Below are positions 36,735 through 45,944 of a stretch of 64,000 bases of DNA, in pieces. A program made the position numbers and the translations under genes. Each line of letters begins with the position of its first letter. Position 1 is the first letter of the stretch. This stretch comes from Bdellovibrionota bacterium (lineage in GTDB: Bacteria; Bdellovibrionota; FAC87; UBA2466; JACKAF01): contig JBGSIC010000032.1 of assembly GCA_041751875.1 (NCBI GenBank), positions 41,118 to 105,117 on the forward strand, read 5' to 3'. The notes beneath the pieces were generated by a model that searched no databases, was not told the DNA's origin, and worked only from the letters and a program-made list of their open reading frames with translations.

Positions 36735-36808
36735 TGGGCCCGCCGTGACTTGAACACGGAACCCCCAGATTAGAAATCTGGTGCTCTATCCGGTTGAGCT
36801 ACGGGCCC
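36735..36808 (-). tRNA. tRNA-Arg (anticodon UCU), CCA not encoded
   Basis: GGGCCCG TA GCTC AACCGGATA GAGC A CCAGA TTTCTAA TCTGG GGGTT CCGTG TTCAAGT CACGG CGGGCCC A folds as a full cloverleaf. Confidence 0.97.
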
Positions 36809-36871
36809 TCAGGAAGACTGTAATCCTAGATAGTTAGCACAATCGTATTTGGATTGTCGATGGGCATCCTA

Positions 36872-38125
36872 CTAGGCAGGAAGCCTAAAGGAAAACTTAG
36901 AACCTTGGCCTGGAACAGACTCGGCCCATATCGTGCCGTTATGTTGCTCAAGGACCCGTTTGCAAATGGCTAAGCCCATGCCCGTGCCGGGGTACTTTTC
37001 TTCGCCGGTGTGAAGGCGCTTAAACACCATGAAAATCTGATCGTGGTACTCGGCTTCAAACCCAATGCCGTTGTCGGACACCGTAAATACCCAGCTGCCG
37101 TCCTCTTTGGTTGCCGATATTTGTATTTGTAAGGGCACCCCTTCCTGACGGAACTTGATGGCGTTGGCGATGAGGTTTTGGAAAAGCTGTGTGATCTGAG
37201 CAGGGACGACGGCTACTTTAGCCTCATTCTTCTTAAACGTAGGGGTAATCTCCGCTCCGCTTTCCGCAATGGAAAGAGAGAGGTTTTCCAGGGCGCGGTC
37301 CAAACACGTTCTGATGCAGCTTTCTTCCACAACCCCTCGGTTATCCAAACGCGCATAGTTACCTAAGCTTTCAATCAAGCGGGTCATCCGGTTGGTGCCG
37401 GTGAGGATGTGACCGATGTAACCTCGTTCTTCGTCGTCCAGCCTCTCCTTTAATTTGTCCTGCAACAAATCGCTGAATAGCGAGATGGTACGGAGAGGCT
37501 CACGTAAATCGTGAGAAGCAATGTGAGTGAAAGTCTCTAGATCTTGTCGCCTGGCAATTTCCTCCTCGGTGCGTGCTTTTTGAGCGATGAGCGAGAGGTT
37601 TGCTTTCTCGAGTTCTTGGTTTTTTTTCTCAAGTTCCTTGGGGCTTCTTAGACTAAGCGCCTGTGGAATCAGCGGAAAAAGCATAATCGCCGTTAAAACA
37701 GAAATGGAAGCCGTAATAAACTTCACCACTCCGTCTGCCCGGTAGACGGGTATCCAAAGAGTTACGATGTTCATGATGTGGGTGGTTCCACACCAGAAAA
37801 TAAATCCCGCAAAAAGAGCGAATATCCAAGGGTAAGGAAGATCCTTTTTGTTTTTTCGGAAGTACAGAAGCATGAGCGGAATGGAAAAGTAAGCCAGCGC
37901 AATCAGGGCGTCGGAGATAACGTGCAGCCAAACGATTTCCCCACGCCAAAAAAAGCAGTGTCCGTGCGGCATGAAGTCCGCCTTAAACAGCCTTGAAAAA
38001 AAGCCCCCTACAGACTCCTGTTTGTTTAGGTCAAACGCCTGACCGTGGTCATGATCATGACCCTGGGCCTGAAGAAGGGCAGGAAGGCCCAAGAAAAGGG
38101 CTGTTAACGTCCGACGCATAAACAA
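36872..38125 (-). CDS. Sensor histidine kinase with ethylene-receptor-like transmembrane domain
   Basis: SDALIALAYFSIP...FIFWCGTTH; H-box ASHDLREPL; N, G1 and G2 boxes (NLIANAIKF, DNGIG, GTGMGLAIC). Confidence 0.9.
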   Translation of the reverse strand: MFMRRTLTALFLGLPALLQAQGHDHDHGQAFDLNKQESVGGFFSRLFKADFMPHGHCFFWRGEIVWLHVISDALIALAYFSIPLMLLYFRKNKKDLPYPWIFALFAGFIFWCGTTHIMNIVTLWIPVYRADGVVKFITASISVLTAIMLFPLIPQALSLRSPKELEKKNQELEKANLSLIAQKARTEEEIARRQDLETFTHIASHDLREPLRTISLFSDLLQDKLKERLDDEERGYIGHILTGTNRMTRLIESLGNYARLDNRGVVEESCIRTCLDRALENLSLSIAESGAEITPTFKKNEAKVAVVPAQITQLFQNLIANAIKFRQEGVPLQIQISATKEDGSWVFTVSDNGIGFEAEYHDQIFMVFKRLHTGEEKYPGTGMGLAICKRVLEQHNGTIWAESVPGQGSKFSFRLPA

Positions 38126-38207
38126 AGGCGTAGTTTAAGTTTTGCCTTATAGCAAGACCGGCGTCTTAGGGTGAGCCGTCCAGAGAGCTACCAGGGAGGC
38201 TGATACG

Positions 38208-38669
38208 CTAGAGAAGCTCTATAACCCGGCCCCCGCCGCGGTTGGGGCAGGTACGGAAATAGGGCAACAGGCTGTTATTATTGATATCAATCAAGGAGTT
38301 CCAGTCCTTTACAACCTGGGGATTGGATTGAAGATTTAACTCGATTAGATACGAACGGATGTTTACGAGGTCATGGTAAAGGTGGTCGTAGCCGTGGCAC
38401 AAGCTCGGGAAAGAAGCCGATAAAATATCGCTCGCAAAATCTAGGACCAGTTCTTCGATGTGGTGAATGTCTTCGATGGCTTTCTTGAACTCCGGCGTGC
38501 CGTGGGAGTCGTACACCTCATGTAAGGTGGCATCCAAAATTTCAATTCTGTCGGCAAGATCATGGGCCGCCTGAGATGCCTGAACGCGCCAGGGTTCGGG
38601 AGCAGTTTGGCCGGTGCTCGCAATAACCAAACCTAAGGAAACCACGCACCGACTAAGTAAGCTTTTCAT
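38208..38669 (-). CDS. Secreted hypothetical protein
   Basis: SD ggag, N-terminal signal-like segment, helical-looking sequence. Confidence 0.55.
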   Translation of the reverse strand: MKSLLSRCVVSLGLVIASTGQTAPEPWRVQASQAAHDLADRIEILDATLHEVYDSHGTPEFKKAIEDIHHIEELVLDFASDILSASFPSLCHGYDHLYHDLVNIRSYLIELNLQSNPQVVKDWNSLIDINNNSLLPYFRTCPNRGGGRVIELL

Positions 38670-38920
38670 TTTCTCTCCCGCCGTTTGCCCCGAAAACTCT
38701 CAATCAGTTTTACGTCGTTTTTGGATTTGAGAGAAGGCGTCAAGTAGGCAAGGTGGAGAGTAGAGCGTAATACAAGGTCAGCGGAGCAGCGTTCCATCTC
38801 CTTCTAAAACATACCTAATTCACGCTGGTTAGATGATGCCGGATGGCGTTATCGCCTGTTTAAAAATAATGCCGATAGGCCACTGTTTGAGACACTTCTT
38901 GCCGCAGGAGGGTGAGAACA

Positions 38921-39559
38921 ATGACCCGTCGAGAGTTACTCAGTTTCCTAGGAAAGCTTTCAGTTTTATCCCTTGTGTCAGTCCGTTCGCTTTGGGGAAA
39001 GTCTTCTTCAGCGCGATTTGTTTTAATTTACGATTCCCGTTCTTCTCGCAGCGCCTTTTGTGAAAGGCTGGTTGCGGCGGCAGGCAGCTTCCTAATAAGG
39101 CGTGACCCAAACTGGTTAGAGAATTTAAGGCGTTTGGATATTCGCCAGGACTTTTCTCACGTCAGGTCTCTACTCAAAACCTATGGACCCGAAACAACGA
39201 ATTTAAACTTGCCTCTTCTTTTAGCACTTCCCCAAGATACCGAAAGTGACGTGGAATACTGGAACTTGGGCTGGCTAAAAGCGAGAGATGCCTCGCAAGG
39301 CTGTTATCCCATTTCCCCGAACTGGTGGTCGGTGGACGGCGACTTTGACCCAACGCTTGAGAAGGTTCTTACCCATCTCTACAAATCTCCCAACCATACC
39401 GGAGGCTACTTCCGGTTGGATTGGTTGGAGCAATTAAAATTCGAGGAATTGCAGTCCTTGCATTCGGATCATCACCGGGAAATGATCGAAAAAGGCAAAG
39501 TGCCTTGGAAATTAGTGAACCAACTTTGTCCCCTGGAATCCCTAGAAGAGATTCCCTAG
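38921..39559 (+). CDS. Hypothetical protein with Tat-like N-terminus
   Basis: MTRRELL start; His-rich C-terminal LHSDHH. Confidence 0.5.
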   Translation: MTRRELLSFLGKLSVLSLVSVRSLWGKSSSARFVLIYDSRSSRSAFCERLVAAAGSFLIRRDPNWLENLRRLDIRQDFSHVRSLLKTYGPETTNLNLPLLLALPQDTESDVEYWNLGWLKARDASQGCYPISPNWWSVDGDFDPTLEKVLTHLYKSPNHTGGYFRLDWLEQLKFEELQSLHSDHHREMIEKGKVPWKLVNQLCPLESLEEIP

Positions 39560-42500
39560 CATTTCTCTAAGTATATTTTGACCGCTAGGTCGTCGATATC
39601 CTGATTAGCCGTCCAGGTAAGATTTTCTGTCGAAGGGCCAAATTCCGTGGCCAAAGTTTCAGACTGAATATAATCGCGGTGTTTTTCTAGAGCCGACTTT
39701 AAGGTATCTGGGCATTGGTACTTCACCTTAATCCGATCGGTGACTTCTAGGCCTGCATCCTTGCGAAGTTTTTGCAGGCGATTGACCATCTCGCGCGCTT
39801 GTCCCTCGCGAATAAGGGACTCATCTAAATCAGTGTCTAGCACCAAAGTAATTCCCGAGCCTGATTGCGAGGCGCCAGAGGTTTTGGGCGTTCGGACTAC
39901 GTTTACTTCCTCAAAAAAGATCTGTTCTCCCATCAAGGAGATGGACTTTTTGGCTTCGAGTTCTTGAATCTGTTCGCTGGAAAGTTCGGCCACCGCTTGC
40001 AGCACGGCTTTCATCTTTTGACCAAGCCGTGGGCCAAGGACTTTCGCATTGGCTTTAGCGGCAAAGGTCACATACTTGCTTTCATCCGTATCGTAGGCAA
40101 CTTCCTTGATATTAAGCTCATTGGCGATGAGATCCTTGAAATTACGGATGGTCTTTTCCAAATGCGGATTTTTGGTCACCACCGTAAGCTTTTTGAGCGG
40201 CTGACGTGTTTTGATTTTTTGCGCTGTGCGAAGGCTGCGCCCCATAAAGACGACCGTACTTACCAGAGTCATCTGCGCTTCGAGTTCCGTATCGCGCCAA
40301 GCAGTTTTAAGCTCCGGAAACTTACATAAATGAATACTTTCCGGTTCGGAAGCGAGTTTCAAATTTTGGTGAATCTCTTCCGTAATAAAAGGCAAGATGG
40401 GGGCCAGCACCTTGGTGAAAGTGGTCAATATATAATAGAGGGTGGAATAGGCGGCGTCCTTGTCCTTGCCCTTATCTTCCTTCCAAAAGCGTCGGCGATT
40501 AAGGCGTATATACCAGTTGGTCAGCTCATCAATAAAGCCCAAGACGATGGGAATGACCTCATACAAATGATAGATAGCCATTTTGGCCTCTACCTCTTGA
40601 ATGAGTGTTTGAAGTCTTGAGAGAACCCATCTATCGAGTTCATTTTCTAAGTTGTCTAAATGTTTCGGGTTAAACTGTTCAGGCTTCCAGCCGTCTGCAA
40701 GCGCATAGGTCACAAAAAAACTATAGGCGTTCCAAAGAGGTAGAAGCACCGCTCGGACGGTTTCTTGAAGGCCTTTTTCGGAGAAACGTAATTCTTCAGC
40801 GCGCGAGGCGGGAGACGTGGTGAGGTAAGCTCTCAGCGCGTCTGCACCGTACTTGTCTAAAATTTCAGTCGGCTCAGGATAATTCTTATGGCGCTTACTC
40901 ATTTTCTTGCCATCTTCGGCAAGCACCATGCCGTTGACGATCACATTTTTAAAAGGAGCTTTCCCAAAGAGAATGTTTCCCAGCACGGAAAGCGTATAAA
41001 ACCAGCCACGAGTTTGGTCTAAACCTTCGGCGATAAAGTCGGCCGGGAAGGCCTTCTCAAAACTTTCTTTATTCTCAAAAGGGTAGTGGGCTTGCCCGTA
41101 AGGCATAGAGCCGCTTTCAAACCAGCAGTCCAAGACTTCCGGAATGCGTTTCATGAGCTTTCCCGTTTTGGGTGAAGGGAAAGTGATATCGTCGACAAAG
41201 TGCTTATGGAGGTCTTTTACTTTTTTGCCGGAAAGCTTCTCTAGTTCTGCAATCGAACCCACGCAGAGCATTTCGTTTGTTTCTTCGCAGCGCCAAATCG
41301 GAAGCGGGGTGCCCCAGAATCGGTTGCGGCTAATATTCCAATCGCGAGCGTCTTTAAGCCAGTTGCCAAATCGCCCGTCACGAATGGTTTCCGGTACCCA
41401 GTGAGTTTTTTCGTTACTCTTAACCAGTTGTTCTTTGACAGGATCTAATTTTACGAACCACGTGCTAATCGCGCGGTAAATAAGCGGGGTATCACTGCGC
41501 CAGCAGAACGGATAGTTGTGAACAATCGTACCGTGATGAAAGAGAGATCCCTGGGTTTTAAGATCCTTGATGATTTGCTTGTCGGCTTCTTTTACGTTTT
41601 GTCCCTGGTAGTCGGGCACTTCTTTCGTGAAATTGCCCGAGGCATCGACTGGGTTAACGGGTTCAATTTTGTACTTTTGGCAGACCACCATGTCGTCTTC
41701 CCCAAAAGCGGGCGCCATGTGCACAAGCCCCGTACCATCTTCGGTAGTGACGTGGTGGCCGATTAAAATGTTGAACGCACCCTTGTGATCTTTAAAGTAA
41801 GGGAACAGCGGCTCGTAGGTTTCCCCTTCAAGTGTGCTTCCCTTAAACTGAGAAAGGACTTTGTAGGTGCTCGCATCCGGAAAATACTGCGCAACTCGGG
41901 CTTCGGCGATGACGTAGTGGCTGCCATCTTTAGCGTCTTCAATTTCGACGTAAGGAACTTCTCCGTTTACTGCAACCGCGAGGTTGGAGGGCAGGGTCCA
42001 GGGAGTCGTGGTCCATACCAAGAAGTACCGATTGTGCTTTGTGCTTTTAAGACGAACCGTTATGGCCGGATCCTGAACTGACTTATAGTTAAGATTGGCT
42101 TCGAAATTCGAAAGCGGTGTAGAAATGCGCCAGGAATAGGGCATCACCCGGTAGCCTTCGTAAATAAGCCCCTTGTCCCAAAGCTGCTTGAAAACCCACC
42201 ACACAGACTCCATGAACGAAGGGTCCATCGTGCGGTACCCGTTTTCAAAATCTACCCAGCGACCCGTACGGGAAATCGTTTTTTCCCACTCTTTGGTGTA
42301 GCGAAGAACAATCTCTCGGCAGGCCTCGTTGAACTTTGCGATGCCGAAATTTTCGATATCAGCAAGGCCCTTAAGGTCGAGCTCCTTTTCCATCTCAAAT
42401 TCAACGGGTAGCCCGTGGCAGTCCCAGCCCCAGCGGCGCTGGACATACTTGCCCTTCATGACCCAGTAGCGGGGAACGATATCCTTTAAAGTACCCGGTA

Positions 42501-42675
42501 AAATATGGCCGTAGTGGGGAAGGCCCGTCGCGAAAGGGGGCCCATCATAAAAGACAAAAGGGGCTTGGCCTTTATTGGCTTCAAGACCTTTTTTAATGAT
42601 TCCCTGTTTCTTCCAGAAAGCCAGCGTTTCGAGCTCTTGCTCGGGAAGAGAAACATTGGTTTTGACAGGCTTCAT
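39556..42675 (-). CDS. ileS: Isoleucyl-tRNA synthetase (type 2)
   Basis: DGPPFATGLPHYGH, GWDCHGLP, WTTTPWTLPSN, EGLDQTRGWFY and KMSK. Confidence 0.97.
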   Translation of the reverse strand: MKPVKTNVSLPEQELETLAFWKKQGIIKKGLEANKGQAPFVFYDGPPFATGLPHYGHILPGTLKDIVPRYWVMKGKYVQRRWGWDCHGLPVEFEMEKELDLKGLADIENFGIAKFNEACREIVLRYTKEWEKTISRTGRWVDFENGYRTMDPSFMESVWWVFKQLWDKGLIYEGYRVMPYSWRISTPLSNFEANLNYKSVQDPAITVRLKSTKHNRYFLVWTTTPWTLPSNLAVAVNGEVPYVEIEDAKDGSHYVIAEARVAQYFPDASTYKVLSQFKGSTLEGETYEPLFPYFKDHKGAFNILIGHHVTTEDGTGLVHMAPAFGEDDMVVCQKYKIEPVNPVDASGNFTKEVPDYQGQNVKEADKQIIKDLKTQGSLFHHGTIVHNYPFCWRSDTPLIYRAISTWFVKLDPVKEQLVKSNEKTHWVPETIRDGRFGNWLKDARDWNISRNRFWGTPLPIWRCEETNEMLCVGSIAELEKLSGKKVKDLHKHFVDDITFPSPKTGKLMKRIPEVLDCWFESGSMPYGQAHYPFENKESFEKAFPADFIAEGLDQTRGWFYTLSVLGNILFGKAPFKNVIVNGMVLAEDGKKMSKRHKNYPEPTEILDKYGADALRAYLTTSPASRAEELRFSEKGLQETVRAVLLPLWNAYSFFVTYALADGWKPEQFNPKHLDNLENELDRWVLSRLQTLIQEVEAKMAIYHLYEVIPIVLGFIDELTNWYIRLNRRRFWKEDKGKDKDAAYSTLYYILTTFTKVLAPILPFITEEIHQNLKLASEPESIHLCKFPELKTAWRDTELEAQMTLVSTVVFMGRSLRTAQKIKTRQPLKKLTVVTKNPHLEKTIRNFKDLIANELNIKEVAYDTDESKYVTFAAKANAKVLGPRLGQKMKAVLQAVAELSSEQIQELEAKKSISLMGEQIFFEEVNVVRTPKTSGASQSGSGITLVLDTDLDESLIREGQAREMVNRLQKLRKDAGLEVTDRIKVKYQCPDTLKSALEKHRDYIQSETLATEFGPSTENLTWTANQDIDDLAVKIYLEKC

Positions 42676-42731
42676 GAGTGGACAAACTATACACTATGGT
42701 CATATTAAGACAAACACGTTGAAGAGGTCCC

Positions 42732-43019
42732 ATGGCCGGTTTTCAGTTTGAAGAGCGTTGGAAACATTACATTCCTGCCCTAGCTTGTTTGGGGGGAGTC
42801 TTGATGGTTTTGCTGATGCCGGTATTTGCCGTTCTTTTCATGGTGGTCGGCCTGACTTTCGTGGGCGGGGTTTACGCCTACATCGTTTTTCAAATGCACA
42901 ACGTGCAAGACAAAGCGGCCAAAGCCGGAACGCCGGGTTCCGCGGCAGTCCCTAATTTTCGCAACGTCACGCTAAGTATGATGGAACGCCTCAAATGGTG
43001 GCGAGAGGATCTCAGCTAG
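42732..43019 (+). CDS. Small membrane protein
   Basis: SD gagg; two hydrophobic segments. Confidence 0.55.
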   Translation: MAGFQFEERWKHYIPALACLGGVLMVLLMPVFAVLFMVVGLTFVGGVYAYIVFQMHNVQDKAAKAGTPGSAAVPNFRNVTLSMMERLKWWREDLS

Positions 43020-44010
43020 CAGGACTTTCTTCTAAAGAGTGGGTGTGACGGAGCTGGTAAACAATCCACATTGTAATCGCCCAAAGGGCCACTCCCAAAA
43101 TCTGCAATAAATGATGAACTGCCGCAAGTGATAGCGATTTCTCTAAAGGAAAACCTAAGTGCACCATCGCGAAGGTCATCGCGGCCTCAAAAGTGCCCAA
43201 GTTGGCAAACGCAGGTATCGCCAGGCCCAGGTTGAGCACTACCAAGATGACGGCAGCCTGCGAAGGGGTAAGATTAATGTCTTGCCCTCGACAGATAATA
43301 TAAAGAGCAATCATTTCGGCTGCCCAAGCAAACAGAGCGCAAACCCCGGCTACAGAGAGCCGCCGCCAGTTCTTTAAGATGCTCAGACCAAAAAAGAAAT
43401 TACGATAAACACGCAAAGACTTCGAGAAGCGTTTTCCCAAAGCAAGGAGGACTATAAGAACAAAAGTGACGAGAAGAATCACGCGCAGGCTCGGCATTCG
43501 GCTGGCCTTCAAGTCTCCAAAGAGAAAATCGGGGTGTGACCAAAAGGCAAAAATGGCCAGGCACACGAAAACCATAGCGTCTACGGTGCGATCGGCGAGT
43601 AAGAGACCGAGTGTTTCTGACATGGGGATTTCACGTCCATCGGCAGAATCCTTTCGCTTCAAATAAAGACTTTTAACCACCTCGCCGGCCTGGGCGGGAA
43701 CGACACAATTTAGCATCTGCCCGAACGAGTAAGCGCGTGCGCAGTCAAACCAACCCAGTGAGGTATTTGCCGAGCAGAGCACCCACAGTCGCAACGTACG
43801 AAAGAAAACTTGCATCAGAACGGCGAAAAGGGCGGGGATGAGTACGAGTAAATGAAAATTCTGGAACAACTTGGCCATCGTCTTCCAGTTCACGTTGTGG
43901 TCCACACTCAAGTACCAAATGCCCCCAATAAGGGAGACGAGGGTGAAAAAAGACACAATTTTGGTTTGGTGTTTCATGAAAGCGCTCCTACCGATACTCA
44001 ACTTGCCCAC
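43012..44010 (-). CDS. Lysylphosphatidylglycerol synthase TM domain (UPF0104 flippase-like) protein
   Basis: N.VVPAQAGEVVK, ADRTVD and P..ANLGTFEAAM. Confidence 0.8.
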   Translation of the reverse strand: MGKLSIGRSAFMKHQTKIVSFFTLVSLIGGIWYLSVDHNVNWKTMAKLFQNFHLLVLIPALFAVLMQVFFRTLRLWVLCSANTSLGWFDCARAYSFGQMLNCVVPAQAGEVVKSLYLKRKDSADGREIPMSETLGLLLADRTVDAMVFVCLAIFAFWSHPDFLFGDLKASRMPSLRVILLVTFVLIVLLALGKRFSKSLRVYRNFFFGLSILKNWRRLSVAGVCALFAWAAEMIALYIICRGQDINLTPSQAAVILVVLNLGLAIPAFANLGTFEAAMTFAMVHLGFPLEKSLSLAAVHHLLQILGVALWAITMWIVYQLRHTHSLEESPAS

Positions 44011-44157
44011 TCAAGTAAATGCTCACTTTGGATCGGGCGGTCCATAGGCTCAAAGTTCACTGCTCTAACCCCGAGGCCTCATTAGCTTTTTTGAGATTGG
44101 GGGGCCCGAGCCCGTTCATTGACAGCAGGCGTGGCTCTTTGTACAAAAGCCCCGCAA

Positions 44158-44583
44158 ATGACGACACTCACTCACGGCACAACGGGTGCCGCACTCTCTG
44201 TGCTTACGGGCAGGCCCATCTGGGAAGGGGTCCTATTTTCGCTACTTCCCGACATCGATCACCTCTTTTTTATCCGTACGTGGCGGTTTCGAGAGGGGGG
44301 CTTTTTTAACGCCCGTTCCTTCATGCACGAGCTTTTGGGCTTAAGCATCCTGTTCGTGGTGGGAGCCGGGGCGGCCCTTTTGGGACAGGAATGGGGACCC
44401 TTTTTCATTCTGTGCGTGGCTTTCCACTATTTTATCGATTTTATTAATGGCAAAAGCATTCCTTATAAGAGGATAAAGCCCGAGCCGGCATTGATTGATT
44501 TTGGAAAGAATTGGAACTTGCGTATCGTTCAAGAGGTGAGCCTAAACCTCGTTTATTTAAGCATCTTTTTTAAAGTATGGTAG
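44158..44583 (+). CDS. Membrane metal-dependent hydrolase (YdjM-like)
   Basis: TH, LLPDIDH, RSFMHE and HYFID motifs. Confidence 0.7.
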   Translation: MTTLTHGTTGAALSVLTGRPIWEGVLFSLLPDIDHLFFIRTWRFREGGFFNARSFMHELLGLSILFVVGAGAALLGQEWGPFFILCVAFHYFIDFINGKSIPYKRIKPEPALIDFGKNWNLRIVQEVSLNLVYLSIFFKVW

Positions 44584-45020
44584 CAGCCTTCACCAAATGG
44601 CGGCGAGAAACAGCCGATGCTGTCGTGGCGCCCCTCTATCACAAGTACCACTGGAATGCGGATGAGGTGACTCGTCTGAGCGGGTGGTTTGCCTTTTTCG
44701 CCGGGTGGCTACTTTTGGCCGGGGCTTACGGCGTGGCAGCGAGTTTTCTTTTTGTGGCATTGGCTCTTGATGCCTTGGACGGCGCTTTGGCGCGCTTGCA
44801 AGGCGTTTCTAACCCGCAAATTGACACCGCGATGGACCGTTTCACCGAAGCGGTTCTTTCCACCGCTTTATTGTGGCGCGAGCCTTCCTTCATTTCTTGG
44901 GGGTTTGTCGCGGCATTCATCCTCAACAACTTTCTTCCACGCTGGGGCATTCCCATCTTGGCGCACCGTTGGGTGATGTGGGCGTATCTCGTTTTTCTGT
45001 GGATTCGAAATCTTGGCTAG
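44577..45020 (+). CDS. CDP-alcohol phosphatidyltransferase family protein
   Basis: DALDGALAR...D..MDRFTE signature. Confidence 0.8.
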   Translation: MVAAFTKWRRETADAVVAPLYHKYHWNADEVTRLSGWFAFFAGWLLLAGAYGVAASFLFVALALDALDGALARLQGVSNPQIDTAMDRFTEAVLSTALLWREPSFISWGFVAAFILNNFLPRWGIPILAHRWVMWAYLVFLWIRNLG

Positions 45021-45041
45021 TCGTTAGGTAAAAGGGCAAAA

Positions 45042-45920
45042 ATGAAGTTGTTTGTCTGGGATTGGGTGGGAATTTTCTACAACGTCTTCATGGGCGGGAT
45101 CTTGATCTTTTTTAATAAAGGATTCCCCCTTTGGTACAAGACTTCCTTCATTCACGTTTTGATTATCGCGGCGATCTTTGGAGTGATTGCTCTTTATCAT
45201 AAGGTCCCAAACAAGTTCACCCGGTTCTTGCGTTACCTATACCCCGTTTTGTTGACCGGTTACTACTACGGTGAAACGCAGGATTATATTTTTATCATGC
45301 ATAGCGGGTGGTTTGACCAAACGCTCATTAATCTAGAAGCCTTTTTGTTTGGCTCTGAAATTACTTTGATGGTTGAGCGCATTGCTCATCCCTGGCTGAC
45401 GGAATTCATCATTTTTGGTTATCTCACGTATTATCCGCTGGCGACGTTGGGGCCATTCTACCTTTATCTCAAAGGGAGTGAGCGCGTGTTCCAGACGGTC
45501 ATCACCGCCTTTGTGATCACGTTCACGCTTTCTTTGCCACAATTTTTTCTCTTTCCGGTACAGGGACCGCGTTGGCAACTAGTGGACCAATACGTGGGGC
45601 CTGTTCTGGGTTACTGGTCTGTCGATGTGGTCTACGGAATCATGCGCTGCTGCGCGGTGCATGGTGGCGCGATGCCAAGTACCCACACGGCGATCGCCAT
45701 GATTGTCGTCTACGGCCTGTGGTACGTGAACCGAAAGTTTTTCTGGATTTACTTGCCGTTTTTCATCGGTTTAATTTTGGGAACCTTCTGGGGACGCTTT
45801 CACTACCTTTCGGACACCGTGGTGGGCGCGGCGATCGCGATTTTCGCGCTCTACGTGGGCGATGCTATACAGAAGCGGAAAGGCAACGAGAGCGCTTCGT
45901 CGCTTCGCTCCTCGCAATGA
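45042..45920 (+). CDS. PAP2 family phosphatase/phosphotransferase (Aur1/IPC synthase-like)
   Basis: PVQGPR, AMPSTH and RFHYLSDTVVG. Confidence 0.8.
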   Translation: MKLFVWDWVGIFYNVFMGGILIFFNKGFPLWYKTSFIHVLIIAAIFGVIALYHKVPNKFTRFLRYLYPVLLTGYYYGETQDYIFIMHSGWFDQTLINLEAFLFGSEITLMVERIAHPWLTEFIIFGYLTYYPLATLGPFYLYLKGSERVFQTVITAFVITFTLSLPQFFLFPVQGPRWQLVDQYVGPVLGYWSVDVVYGIMRCCAVHGGAMPSTHTAIAMIVVYGLWYVNRKFFWIYLPFFIGLILGTFWGRFHYLSDTVVGAAIAIFALYVGDAIQKRKGNESASSLRSSQ

Positions 45921-45944
45921 CCAAATAGTGGTATTCTTTAGCCC

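Noticed and set aside
39556-42675. Type-2 IleRS as an acquired mupirocin-resistance gene
   Set aside because: No mobile context; IleRS2 is the housekeeping form in many lineages.
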